DNA of 64,000 nucleotides from Actinopolymorphaceae bacterium (GTDB taxonomy: Bacteria; Actinomycetota; Actinomycetes; Propionibacteriales; DAIQRJ01), in contig DAIQRJ010000005.1 in assembly GCA_036786375.1 (NCBI GenBank), forward strand, positions 80,635 through 144,634, in the 5' to 3' direction. Below are positions 19,166-27,948 of the stretch, piece after piece. Every line of letters begins with the position of its first letter. The first letter of the stretch is position 1. The notes under the pieces are model-generated. The model did no database searches. It had not been told where the DNA came from and was given only the letters and a program-made list of their open reading frames with translations. The position numbers and the translations under genes were made by a program.

Positions 19166-19214
19166 CTCGTAGCAGCGTCGACGGTGTTACGAGGACACCC
19201 TGGCTGCTACCGAG
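19166..19214. terminator. Second hairpin between convergent genes
   Basis: CTCGTAGCAGC (19166-19176) pairs with GCTGCTACCGAG (19203-19214, one bulged C). A nested GGTGT..ACACC mini-hairpin lies in the loop. Confidence 0.3.
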
Positions 19215-19242
19215 TCCACCTCGAGCACGTCAACGTCGACCC

Positions 19243-20226
19243 TTAGGTGGCCACGTAGATGATCAGCGCGAGCGTGCCGTCGGCTCTCTTGTCGTCGACC
19301 GTGATCGTGGCATCGCGTGCCGGGCCGGCAGCCACCGTGATGGTGTCCATGCCTGCCCCCTGGAAGGCGGCCAGGTCGGTTCCGTCGAACGCCAGGTGAG
19401 TTACCCCGACGGATGCGTCGCCGGAGGCGCTGTAAGTGATCCGGAGCGGCTTCGTCGAGGCCGGCAGTCGGGCGGTCAGCTGGCGTTTGTTCGATGTCAG
19501 CGTGAGGGTGTGGAACGCGCGCAACGTCGTCTCGTCGGGAGGTGACCCCTGGACGACTGGCACGGTGATGCCTGCCTTGGTGACTGTCTTGCCCGACCGC
19601 TCGTAGACGCCGACGGCCAACCTGGCCAGGGGATCGGCAACGAGATTCCCCTTGTCCTCCAGCCGGATCACGATCGTGGCGGTCCCCGAACGAACGCCAC
19701 CGACCGAGTTCGGCACCGTGCTCAGGTCTGTGCCGCAGCCCACGAGGCCCACAGTCGTGCCGTTCTCGGTGACCTGGAATAGCAGGTCGTTCACGGGGAC
19801 CGTCGTGCTTCCCGCCGGAACCAGGCAGTGCAGGAAGTAGCGGAGCCCCGAGGCCGGAGCCTTGACGGTGAACGTTTCCGAGGTGTCGCCGCGCGCGACG
19901 ATGTAGCTGCGGAGCAGCCGGTCGCCGTCGACACGTCCGGGGAACGACCCGAATCCGGCCCGATCACGAGGCGTGACCGACGCGGTCGGTGACGCGGACG
20001 GTGACGTCGATGCTGCCGGCGTGACCGGCCGGCCGGCGCTCGTCAGATTCGGAACCACCAGCGCAGCGGCGACGACGGCGATCACCACCGCCACGACGGC
20101 TCCGGCCATGCGGGCCCTGGCTCGGCGACGGATCCGGGCGCCGACCTCCGCGTGTGGCGCTCGGTCCGGTGCGCTCACCTCGTCGGCGCGCTCGTCGAGC
20201 AGCGTCCGCAGATCGTCGATCCTCAT
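19243..20226 (-). CDS. Single-pass membrane protein, probable sigma-factor-associated (anti-sigma-like) partner
   Basis: 327 aa from ATG 20226 (ATGA overlap with the sigma-gene stop). It has a short cytoplasmic N-terminus, a TM helix AGAVVAVVIAVVAAALVV, an S/P/T-rich linker and a beta-rich external domain. Confidence 0.55.
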   Translation of the reverse strand: MRIDDLRTLLDERADEVSAPDRAPHAEVGARIRRRARARMAGAVVAVVIAVVAAALVVPNLTSAGRPVTPAASTSPSASPTASVTPRDRAGFGSFPGRVDGDRLLRSYIVARGDTSETFTVKAPASGLRYFLHCLVPAGSTTVPVNDLLFQVTENGTTVGLVGCGTDLSTVPNSVGGVRSGTATIVIRLEDKGNLVADPLARLAVGVYERSGKTVTKAGITVPVVQGSPPDETTLRAFHTLTLTSNKRQLTARLPASTKPLRITYSASGDASVGVTHLAFDGTDLAAFQGAGMDTITVAAGPARDATITVDDKRADGTLALIIYVAT

Positions 20227-20750
20227 GAGCTCTCTCCTCGTCCGTCTACTCTGGCGGTGCCGCTTCGCCCGTGGCCGAGTGCGTCGTCGATCCGCAGCCG
20301 TGCGAGTGCCTTGCTGGTCTGGCTCTTCACGGTCCCGATCGAGCAGCCGAGAATGTCGGCGGTCTGAGTCTCGGTCTGGTCCTCGTAGAACCGCAGGACG
20401 ATCACCGCCCGTTGCCGCGGCGCGAGTTCGCCGAGCGCGCGCCACAGGTCGGTCCGGTCGTCGACGTGCTGCTCGTGGCGGGTGGTGATGCCGTCCGGCA
20501 GATCCTCGGTCGGGTGTTCGTTCGCCACCGCCGCCACCACGTCGCGTAGGTATTCACCATCACGCGCCGGACGTAGGCCTCGGGATCCTGCTCGATGCGC
20601 CGCCACTTCGGCCAGGACTTGACGAGGGCCGTCTGCACAAGGTCCTCGGCCGTTCCGTTGTCACGTGTGAGCACACGCCATGCGGACGAGACGGTGGTAA
20701 CGGGCGTCGACGAACTCGTCGAAGTCCGTCGCGCGAACGGGTTCGTCCAT
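20223..20750 (-). pseudogene. ECF-type sigma-70 family factor disrupted by two compensating frameshifts
   Basis: ATG 20750 opens MDEPVRATDFDEFVDARYHRLVRMACAHT*. Region 2 continues in another frame (VLTRDNGTAEDLVQTALVKSWPKWRRIEQDPEAYVRRVMVNTYATWWRRW..). Region 4 returns to the first frame (..NEHPTEDLPD..LAPRQRAVIVLRFYEDQTETQTADILGCSIGTVKSQTSKALARLR..). The total span is 528 nt, exactly 176 codons. Confidence 0.65.
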
Positions 20751-20842
20751 CGAGCCCCCCTCGCCGCTGTCGTGAGGCCTCGTCAACGGCCCGGGACTTG
20801 CGTTCACATCCGGCAGACAACGTGGCCCGGCAAGATGGTTGC

Positions 20843-20932
20843 CGCTGATATTCCTCTACTCGTCGACGGCGGTCATTGCCAGCTGAGCGTGGACTCCTAC
20901 CCGAGCGCGCGACGAGTAGAGGAATATCAGCG
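20843..20932. repeat. Perfect 23-bp inverted repeat with 44-nt spacer in a divergent intergenic region
   Basis: CGCTGATATTCCTCTACTCGTCG (20843-20865) and its exact reverse complement CGACGAGTAGAGGAATATCAGCG (20910-20932). The arms are visibly less GC-rich than their surroundings. Confidence 0.85.
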
Positions 20933-20999
20933 CGGGGATCGATCATTCCGCAGCCTGCCGGATGCGGTCACGGGTTCCTCCCGGGGGCAGGATGGGCGC

Positions 21000-21269
21000 A
21001 TGAGTGATCAACCGACAGGCGCATCGGCCGGCGACCGCACGGTCCTCGAGCACATCGACGAGTTGGTGGCCGAGGAGAAGGCGCTTCGTGCCCAGCACGC
21101 CGGCCGCCGCTTGGGGGACGACGACCGTGCCCGGCTCGCGCACCTCGAGGTGCAGCTCGACCAGGCCTGGGATCTGCTGCGGCAGTGGCGGGCGCGGGAA
21201 GAGCAGCACGAGGGTCTGAGCGACGTCCACGAGCGGCCCGAACGTGAGGTCGAGGGGTACCTCCAGTAG
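21000..21269 (+). CDS. DUF2630 family protein
   Basis: 89 aa from ATG 21000. ..LEHIDELVAEEKALRAQH..LDQAWDLLRQWRAREE..EVEGYLQ* matches my recollection of DUF2630. Confidence 0.6.
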   Translation: MSDQPTGASAGDRTVLEHIDELVAEEKALRAQHAGRRLGDDDRARLAHLEVQLDQAWDLLRQWRAREEQHEGLSDVHERPEREVEGYLQ

Positions 21270-21305
21270 CGACTGTTCGTCGACGGGTCTGGTGTAGTTG
21301 GCGGC

Positions 21306-21746
21306 ATGTCCGCGCCCGATCCGCCGTCGCCCGAGGGAATCCGGGCCGGATCGGTGTTCGTCCCGGAGAGCGAGCTCCGCTGGCGGTTCTCCCGGTCCTC
21401 GGGCCCGGGCGGGCAGGGCGTGAACACCACCGACTCGCGCGTCGAGCTGGTCTGGGATCTGGCGACCTCGCCCTCGCTGCCAGAACCCCTCCGGCTTCGC
21501 GCGATCGACCAGCTGGCCGGCCGGCTGGTCGACGGGACCATCGTGATCGCGGCCTCGGAGTACCGCTCCCAGCTCCGCAACCGAGCCGCCGCCCGGACAC
21601 GGCTGGCATCGCTGCTGTCGGCGGCGATCCAGCCGCCGACGCACCGGCGGCGCACCCGCCCGACCCGTGGGTCGGTACGGCGGCGGGTCGACGGCAAGAA
21701 GCGCGCCAGCCAGACCAAGCAGCTACGCCGGCGCCCCGACCTCTGA
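21306..21746 (+). CDS. arfB: Alternative ribosome-rescue factor / peptidyl-tRNA hydrolase ArfB
   Basis: 146 aa with the GGQ motif in ..SSGPGGQGVNTTDSRVEL.. and a basic C-terminal tail (..RRRVDGKKRASQTKQLRRRP..). Confidence 0.85.
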   Translation: MSAPDPPSPEGIRAGSVFVPESELRWRFSRSSGPGGQGVNTTDSRVELVWDLATSPSLPEPLRLRAIDQLAGRLVDGTIVIAASEYRSQLRNRAAARTRLASLLSAAIQPPTHRRRTRPTRGSVRRRVDGKKRASQTKQLRRRPDL

Positions 21747-21778
21747 GGCCGGCGGTGCCATCGGTACCCGATCCGGCA

Positions 21779-23518
21779 TCAGTGTGCGTCGGCCCAGCTC
21801 TGGCCGATCCCGATCTCGGCGACGAAACGGACCGCGCTGCCCGCCGCCCACCACCTGGCCGTCGAGTTCAGCGCGTCGACGAGCAGCGCGCGGGCAGCCT
21901 CGTACCGGCCGGCCGGTACATGGACCAGGAGTTCGTCGTGCAGGCACAGGACGATCTGCCCGTCCAGCCCGACCAACCCGTCCCGCACGGTGCCTGCCCA
22001 CGCCTTGAAGAGCTCCGCGGCCGCACCCTGGACGACCGCGTTCCGCGCGTACCGCCCGTGCGCCGCGATCGCCGGCCGGTCGTCGGGTTCGTAGGAGCCG
22101 GCCAGTGCATGCATCAACTGCAGCCGGCGGCCCCCGTAGGTCCGCAGGTCGTTGCCGCGGACGCCGGCCTGTTCGGCGTTACGCAGATAGGCCATCGCGG
22201 CGGGGTAGGTGCGGTCCATGTCCCGCAGCGCCGCGCCCGCCGCCCCGGACGTCTGCCCGTACATCGCGGCCAGGACGGCGACCTTCGCGGTCGGCCGGTC
22301 ACACGAAAGCGCCGCGGCCACCGGCGCGTACATGTCGTCCTCGCGCGCGGCCTCGGTCAGCGCCGGGTCCCCGGACACGACCGCCAGGACACGCGGCTCG
22401 ATCTGACCGAGGTCGGCGCGCAGCAGGACGTGGCCCGGCTCGGCCCGGACCACCGGACGGAAGGTGGCCGGCAGGTTGTGCAGGCCCGCCTGCGCGGTCA
22501 TCCGCCCAGCCGCCGCGTCGGCCGCGCTCCAGGCGCCACGAAGCCGGCCGTCGGGTCCGACCTGCCGGTCCAGCCATGCCCAGCCGTAGGTGGTGGCGAC
22601 GCGCTCGGCCTTGCGCCAGGCGAGCAGCGCCGCCACCGGCTCGAGCGTGTCCTCGTGCGGTTCCAGGCGCCACGAGCGGGTGTCGGGCAGGTCCAGCCCG
22701 ATCCGGCTCAGCAGCGTCCTGACTTGCGCCGGGCTGCGGAGGTCGACGGCCGGGCCCGGGAACCTGCTCAGCACGGCCTGGTCACGCTCGACCCGGATGG
22801 CCGCTTCCTCGACGGCACCGGCGGGCCGCCGGCCGATCGTGCCGGTGAGCAGCTCGGTCGCCGCGGCACGGTCGATGGGCAGCCCGTCGTGCTCGAGCTC
22901 CACGGACAGCAACGCTGCCGTCGACTCCGAGCGCGCCGTCAGCACGGCGAGCGGTGTCGCGCCCGGTCGCGCCCGGGGATCCGGCACGGCGTGCAGAAGC
23001 TCGTCCTGGCGGGCCTGCAGCTCGAGAACGACCGACGCCCACCGCCGGGCGGACTCGGCATCACTCGCCCAGCGCCCCGTCAGCCAGTCACGGCTCAACT
23101 GGCCGTCGGCCCGGATCGGGTCGTCGTCACCCGCGTCGTCGTCGAGGTCGAGGTCGAAGAGGTCGAGTGACGGCCGGTCCGACACCGGCTCCGGGAGGTC
23201 GTGCGCGGCGGCCCAGACTGCTGCCGGGTCGTCACGTCGCAGCCCGCCGAGCAGCCGGCCGACAGCGCCCAGATCCCAGCAGGTGCGCAGCGGCACGCCC
23301 GCGTCGATCAGCGGCGCCGCGGTCTCCCGGGCCGACCACCACGTCCACCGCGGGTCGATCGCGGTCAGCTCGCGCACGGCGTCGGCCGGCCGAGCCGTCG
23401 GCAGCCACTCACGCCCACCGGCCCACGCGAGCGCGACGCCGGTGTCGGGGACGACGACCAGCGCCACTGGGAGCCCGCGGCGCAGGCCGGCGGCGGACAG
23501 CCGCTCGACGACGCTCAC
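21779..23518 (-). CDS. Family-A (PolA-like) DNA polymerase with N-terminal exonuclease-like region
   Basis: Pol A motifs are ..RADLGQIEPRVLAVVSGD.., ..RPTAKVAVLAAMYGQTSG.. and ..RNAVVQGAAAELFK..LHDELLVHV... The start is uncertain (GTG 23518 or 23524). The track ORF start at 23776 is an over-extension into the neighbouring gene. Confidence 0.8.
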   Translation of the reverse strand: MSVVERLSAAGLRRGLPVALVVVPDTGVALAWAGGREWLPTARPADAVRELTAIDPRWTWWSARETAAPLIDAGVPLRTCWDLGAVGRLLGGLRRDDPAAVWAAAHDLPEPVSDRPSLDLFDLDLDDDAGDDDPIRADGQLSRDWLTGRWASDAESARRWASVVLELQARQDELLHAVPDPRARPGATPLAVLTARSESTAALLSVELEHDGLPIDRAAATELLTGTIGRRPAGAVEEAAIRVERDQAVLSRFPGPAVDLRSPAQVRTLLSRIGLDLPDTRSWRLEPHEDTLEPVAALLAWRKAERVATTYGWAWLDRQVGPDGRLRGAWSAADAAAGRMTAQAGLHNLPATFRPVVRAEPGHVLLRADLGQIEPRVLAVVSGDPALTEAAREDDMYAPVAAALSCDRPTAKVAVLAAMYGQTSGAAGAALRDMDRTYPAAMAYLRNAEQAGVRGNDLRTYGGRRLQLMHALAGSYEPDDRPAIAAHGRYARNAVVQGAAAELFKAWAGTVRDGLVGLDGQIVLCLHDELLVHVPAGRYEAARALLVDALNSTARWWAAGSAVRFVAEIGIGQSWADAH

Positions 23519-23633
23519 ACCCACACCCCGCTCGTTGGTCCATCGTTGCCCGCTGCCTGCGCTTCCCTGCCGAGCATCCTGCCCGTCATCGCCGACAGTT
23601 CCGGCCCGACTGCCCACATGCGACCATGCCCGC

Positions 23634-24584
23634 ATGATCGACTTCGATCCGGCGCTACGCCCGCGTGGTGATCTCGACGTGACCTGGATCCACGGTTCGC
23701 GTTCGTCGAGGACGACCGATCCGCCGTTGCAGACGCACGCGTTCGACCCGCACACCTTCATTCTCCGGCAGAGCATGTCGGTACACCGCGAGGCCCCGTT
23801 TCTCTATCTCCTGCTGGGCAACGAGCGGGTGCTCCTCCTCGACACCGGGGCGACCGCCGATCCGGCCCGATTCCCCTTGCGGGCAACGGTGGACGCGCTG
23901 ATCGACACCTGGCTGCTGGACAACCCCCGAGACGACTACGCGCTCATCGTCGCGCACAGCCATGCCCACGGCGACCACCTCGCGGCCGACGTCCAGTTCG
24001 CCGACCGCCCGAACACGATCGTGGTCGGGTCGGACGTCGGCTCGGTGCGCACGTTCTTCGGATTCGACCACTGGCCGCGCGATTCCGTCACGCTCGATCT
24101 CGGTGGCCGGGTGCTCGAGATCACCGGATGTCCCGGTCACCACGACACCTCGATCGCGGTCTACGACCCGTGGTCGGGGTTCCTCCTGACCGGTGACACG
24201 GTCTACCCCGGCCGCCTCTACGTCTCCGACATCGACTCGTTCGTCGACAGCCTCGACCGGCTGGTGGCCTTCGCCGACGCTCGCGCGGTCACCCACCTGA
24301 TGGGCGGGCACATCGAGATGACCAACCGCCCCGGGCACGACTATCCGATGGGCGCGACCTACCAGCCGGACGAGGTTCCGTTGCCGATGTCACCCGCGCA
24401 TCTCCCGAAAGTGGCGGCCGCGGCGCACGCCGTCGCGGCCCGGCCGGGAACGCACGTGTTCGACGATTTCGTGATCTTCAACGGCCCGTGCCGGACGGCC
24501 GTCGTCGGTCACCTCGGGCGGACACTGCTGGACCGGCTGGGCAACGCGGTCAGCGGCCGTCGCGAGGCCCGAACGCCTCGATGA
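23634..24584 (+). CDS. MBL-fold metallo-hydrolase
   Basis: 316 aa from ATG 23634 (C-terminal part of track ORF 22590-24584), with the motif ..VAHSHAHGDHLA.. (HxHxDH) and ..LLLDTGAT... Confidence 0.8.
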   Translation: MIDFDPALRPRGDLDVTWIHGSRSSRTTDPPLQTHAFDPHTFILRQSMSVHREAPFLYLLLGNERVLLLDTGATADPARFPLRATVDALIDTWLLDNPRDDYALIVAHSHAHGDHLAADVQFADRPNTIVVGSDVGSVRTFFGFDHWPRDSVTLDLGGRVLEITGCPGHHDTSIAVYDPWSGFLLTGDTVYPGRLYVSDIDSFVDSLDRLVAFADARAVTHLMGGHIEMTNRPGHDYPMGATYQPDEVPLPMSPAHLPKVAAAAHAVAARPGTHVFDDFVIFNGPCRTAVVGHLGRTLLDRLGNAVSGRREARTPR

Positions 24585-25302
24585 CCTCGGCGTCCCCGGC
24601 GCGGGCATTCAGGTAGTGCGCGGTCCACTCGTCGACGCCGGCGAACGAGCACGTCCGCGCGATCTGGGCGCGGGCAGCCTCGACGTCGAAGACCGTCCGC
24701 CGCAACGTCACCGCCCCGCCGGACAGTGACGCCCAGTGCGCACCGATCCGGCCGTAGGGCATCCCCACGCTGCCGGGGTTGACGATCAGCCGACCGTGGG
24801 CGAGCCGGACGAAGGGCATGTGCGTGTGCCCGCAGACGATCGTCGCGACGTCGTCCGCGACATCGGCGAGCGCATCGGCCCACCGGCTCAGCCGGGTGTC
24901 GACGAGGACGACCTCGTTGTCGTCGCGCGGGCTGCCGTGGCAGAAGAGCACGCTGCCGAATCCGTCGACGTCGAGCGTGACCGGGTGCGGCAGCGACGCA
25001 AGCAGGCTGACGTGTTCGGGCGTCAGCTGCCGCGCCGCCCATTCGGAGATGGGATCGTCGATGTCGAGCCCCAGTCCGGCGGCCAGGTCGACGAGGTCGC
25101 GGTCGGCGTTCCCGCGGACCCAGACGACTCGATCGCCCAACCCCAGCAGACGATCCAGCACCTGACCCGGTTGCGGCCCGGCTGCGATGTCACCGGTCAG
25201 GACGATCCGGTCGGCTGCGCGCACGGCCGGTTCGGCCAACACCGCATCGAGGGCCGGAAGCACGCCGTGGATGTCGGACAGCACGGCGACGGAGGGGACC
25301 AT
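24550..25302 (-). CDS. Metallophosphoesterase
   Basis: 250 aa from ATG 25302. Motifs are ..VLSDIHG.., ..LTGDIA.., ..RGNADR.., ..CGHTHMP... Its 3-prime end overlaps the convergent MBL gene by 35 nt. Confidence 0.8.
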   Translation of the reverse strand: MVPSVAVLSDIHGVLPALDAVLAEPAVRAADRIVLTGDIAAGPQPGQVLDRLLGLGDRVVWVRGNADRDLVDLAAGLGLDIDDPISEWAARQLTPEHVSLLASLPHPVTLDVDGFGSVLFCHGSPRDDNEVVLVDTRLSRWADALADVADDVATIVCGHTHMPFVRLAHGRLIVNPGSVGMPYGRIGAHWASLSGGAVTLRRTVFDVEAARAQIARTCSFAGVDEWTAHYLNARAGDAEVIEAFGPRDGR

Positions 25303-25331
25303 GCCCGAACCCTGCCACGACTCGACGACTC

Positions 25332-26585
25332 TCAGGCGTTCGGACGTGCCAGCGCCGCCTGGACGTCCCGACCGTCGAGGCGGCCGCGCAGGAGATCCTG
25401 CTCGGCCGGATTGGCGGCGAGGTCGAGCGCCCGGGCATTCGCGGCCGCCGCCTCGTCGAGCCGGCCGAGTTGCGTCAGCAGGTGCGCCCGGGTGGCATGC
25501 AGGAGGTGGTAGGAGTCGAGCTTCGGCCCGATCGCGTCGACCTCCGCCAGTGCGACCGCCGGACCGTCGAGCCGGCCCAGCGCGATCGCCCGGTTGAGCC
25601 GGACGACGGGAGAGCCGTCCCAGCGCAGGAGCAGGTCGTAGAGCGTGACGATCTGCAGCCAGTCCGTCTCGGCCCAGCTCGGCGACGTCGCATGGCACGC
25701 CGCGATCGCGGCCTGGAGCTGGAACGTCCCCGGCCGGCCGAACGCGGCAGCCCGGGCGAGATAGCCGTCGGCGCGGGCGATCGCCACCTGATCCCAGCGG
25801 CGCCGATCCTGGTCGGCGAGGAGCACGAGGGCATCGTGCTCGTCGAACCTCGCGTGTGCCCGCGATGCGAGGAACGTCAACAGGGCAAGGAGTCCCCAGG
25901 CCTCGGGCTCCCGGTTGAGCTGGCCGGCGACGAGCTCGGCGAGCCAGATCGCGTCGTCGACCAGTCCCCGCAGTTCCTGCACCGGCTGAAGATAACCCTC
26001 GTTGTAGCAGAGGTAGATGACTGTGAGGACGTCGTTGAGCCGCGGCGCCATGTCGTCCTCCTCGGGCACGACGAACGGGATCCGCGCCGTCGTGATCTTC
26101 TGCTTCGCGCGCACGAGCCGTTGCGCCATCGTCGGCTCGGGCAGGAGGAACGCGTGCGCGATCTGCGCGGTGGTCATGCCCATCACCGCGCGCATCGTGA
26201 GTGCGATCCGTATGTCGACACGCAATGCCGGGTGGCAACAGCCGAACAGCATCGGCAGCCGTTCGTCCGCCACGTCGACGACGGCCGCCGGCGCCACGGC
26301 GGTGGCCGCGTCGATCTCGAGTTCGGCATCGCCGACGACCCGTCGTTCGCGGGAGAGCTTGCGCAGCAGGTCGATCGCCCGTCGTTGAGCGGCGAGTGTC
26401 AACCAGGCGGCGGGATTCGGGGGGACGCCGTCGCGTCGCCAGGTCTGCAACGCCGCGACGACAGCTTCCTGCACCGCCTCCTCGGCGATGTCGAAGTTGC
26501 CGGTCCGACGGTGCAGCGCGGCCACGATCAGGCCGGCTTCACGTCCGACCAGACGCGACAGGACGGCGTCCCCTTCCGAACTCAT
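25332..26585 (-). CDS. ECF sigma factor with long C-terminal TPR-like/DUF6596-type extension
   Basis: 417 aa from ATG 26585. It has sigma region 2 (..AEEAVQEAVVAALQTWRRDGVPPNPAAWLTLAAQRRAIDLLR..) and region 4 (..MTTAQIAHAFLLPEPTMAQRLVRAKQKI..). The classic YciI partner lies upstream. Confidence 0.8.
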   Translation of the reverse strand: MSSEGDAVLSRLVGREAGLIVAALHRRTGNFDIAEEAVQEAVVAALQTWRRDGVPPNPAAWLTLAAQRRAIDLLRKLSRERRVVGDAELEIDAATAVAPAAVVDVADERLPMLFGCCHPALRVDIRIALTMRAVMGMTTAQIAHAFLLPEPTMAQRLVRAKQKITTARIPFVVPEEDDMAPRLNDVLTVIYLCYNEGYLQPVQELRGLVDDAIWLAELVAGQLNREPEAWGLLALLTFLASRAHARFDEHDALVLLADQDRRRWDQVAIARADGYLARAAAFGRPGTFQLQAAIAACHATSPSWAETDWLQIVTLYDLLLRWDGSPVVRLNRAIALGRLDGPAVALAEVDAIGPKLDSYHLLHATRAHLLTQLGRLDEAAAANARALDLAANPAEQDLLRGRLDGRDVQAALARPNA

Positions 26586-26610
26586 GTGCGTGACGACGGG
26601 ATACCCCCGC

Positions 26611-26976
26611 TCACATGTCGGACGAGTGGTCGACCATCGGACGGATCTCGACCGCCACACCGGGGAACTCGAGCGACGGCCACTCCTTGACCATCGCGAT
26701 GGCAGTGTCGAGATCGGGGACGTCGATGACGCTGAAGCCTCCGACGTTCTCCTTGGCCTCGGAGAACGGGCCGTCGACGACGACCGGGTCCCCGGGTGCG
26801 GCGGACTTGACCGAGGTGGCGGTTCCCGGGGCTTCGAGTTCCGCACCCATGTCGGTCATCACCGAGCCGTACTTCTCGAACCAGCCGTAGATCGCGCCGT
26901 AGACGGCTTCCTTGCGTTCGGCCGGGATGGCTTCGTCGAGGTCCGGGCGGCTCGTGTACATCAGGACGTACTTCAT
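26611..26976 (-). CDS. YciI family protein
   Basis: 121 aa from ATG 26976, with a GAAGGAG Shine-Dalgarno upstream. MKYVLMY.., ..VVDGPFSEAKENVGGFSVIDVPDLDTAI.. are typical of YciI. Confidence 0.8.
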   Translation of the reverse strand: MKYVLMYTSRPDLDEAIPAERKEAVYGAIYGWFEKYGSVMTDMGAELEAPGTATSVKSAAPGDPVVVDGPFSEAKENVGGFSVIDVPDLDTAIAMVKEWPSLEFPGVAVEIRPMVDHSSDM

Positions 26977-27015
26977 GCTGGGGCTCCTTCGGCCGTTGGC
27001 GATTCTGTCACCCAC

Positions 27016-27945
27016 TCAACGCTCGAACCCGGGTCGAATCGACACTTTGCGGTGACGACTTCTGAAGCCGATTCCGGCAGGTCGTCGACACCCGAACTCG
27101 GGACGACCGAACCTCACCATCGGGCCCGGGCCGACGACCAGCAGCCGCGAGGTGCTCCGCCCGAGACCCGACGGCCAGGCGGTCGTCGCCGTCGGCGCAT
27201 CCAGGCGGGCGCCGACGAGGCCGCGGACTCGAGGAAGCGCACTGCCGACCGGCAACGATCCCGAGCTCGCTGACCGACGTGCCACCGAGGTTGTTCACCA
27301 ACAGGGCAACGGAATCCCCGCTCTTGAGCCCGAATCCACGATGACCGTGTGCAGCAGGCGCTCCGCGATCGCGTTCGCCGTGCGCACCGGACCCCGCTCG
27401 ACACCGGCCTCGCCGTGGATGCCCAGCCCCCACCCGATCTCGTCCTCGGCCAGTCGAAAGCTCGGCTCACCGGCGGCCGGAACCGTGCGCACCACCTGCC
27501 GTGAGCGCGACGTCGTCAGCGACGCCTACCATCTCGACGGCGATGCCCTCGGCGCGCGCCAATTCCGCTGCCAGCCCGAAGTTCAGCCGATCACCCGGGT
27601 AGCTCTTGACGATCACCAGCACTCCGGCCGGACCGGCGACCGCACTGATCGCCTCGAGCACCGCGTCGACCGGCGGCGACGTGAACACTTCGCCGACCAC
27701 CGCGGCAGTCAGCATCCCGGCTCCGACATATCCGGCATGGGCGGGCTCTGGCCGGCCCCACCACCGGACACGATGGCCACTTTGCCTTCCGCAGCAGCGA
27801 TCGCGGCGTCCCGGCGGACCACAATCGGGTAGCCGTCGAGCAACACGAGCCCCGGGTTGAACGCAATCAGCTCGTCGAGTATCTCGGGCACGACATCGGC
27901 GGTCCCGTTGATGAGCTTCTTCACGATCCCAGGCTGCTCCATCAC
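27016..27945 (-). pseudogene. dhaK: Dihydroxyacetone kinase DhaK-domain gene with at least four frameshifts
   Basis: DhaK-like segments alternate between two frames. The segments are ..[34 protein letters not shown] | ..[47 protein letters not shown].. | ..EDEIGWGLGIHGEAGVERG.. | ..DSVALLVNNLGGTSVSELGIVAG.. | ..RLDAPTATTAWP... No dhaL or dhaM follows. Confidence 0.65.
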
Positions 27946-27948
27946 CGC

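Noticed and set aside
19005-19242. Possible tRNA or tRNA-like gene (GGCTCGAATTCGGGTTCG resembles a T-arm)
   Set aside because: I could not assemble a cloverleaf. No acceptor stem, D-arm consensus or anticodon stem is present at the right spacing.
21779-23518. PolA-like polymerase as part of a prophage or mobile element
   Set aside because: Its neighbours are housekeeping-type genes (arfB, DUF2630, MBL hydrolase). No integrase, capsid or terminase genes or att-like repeats were seen, and this stand-alone exonuclease-polymerase is widespread in actinobacterial chromosomes.
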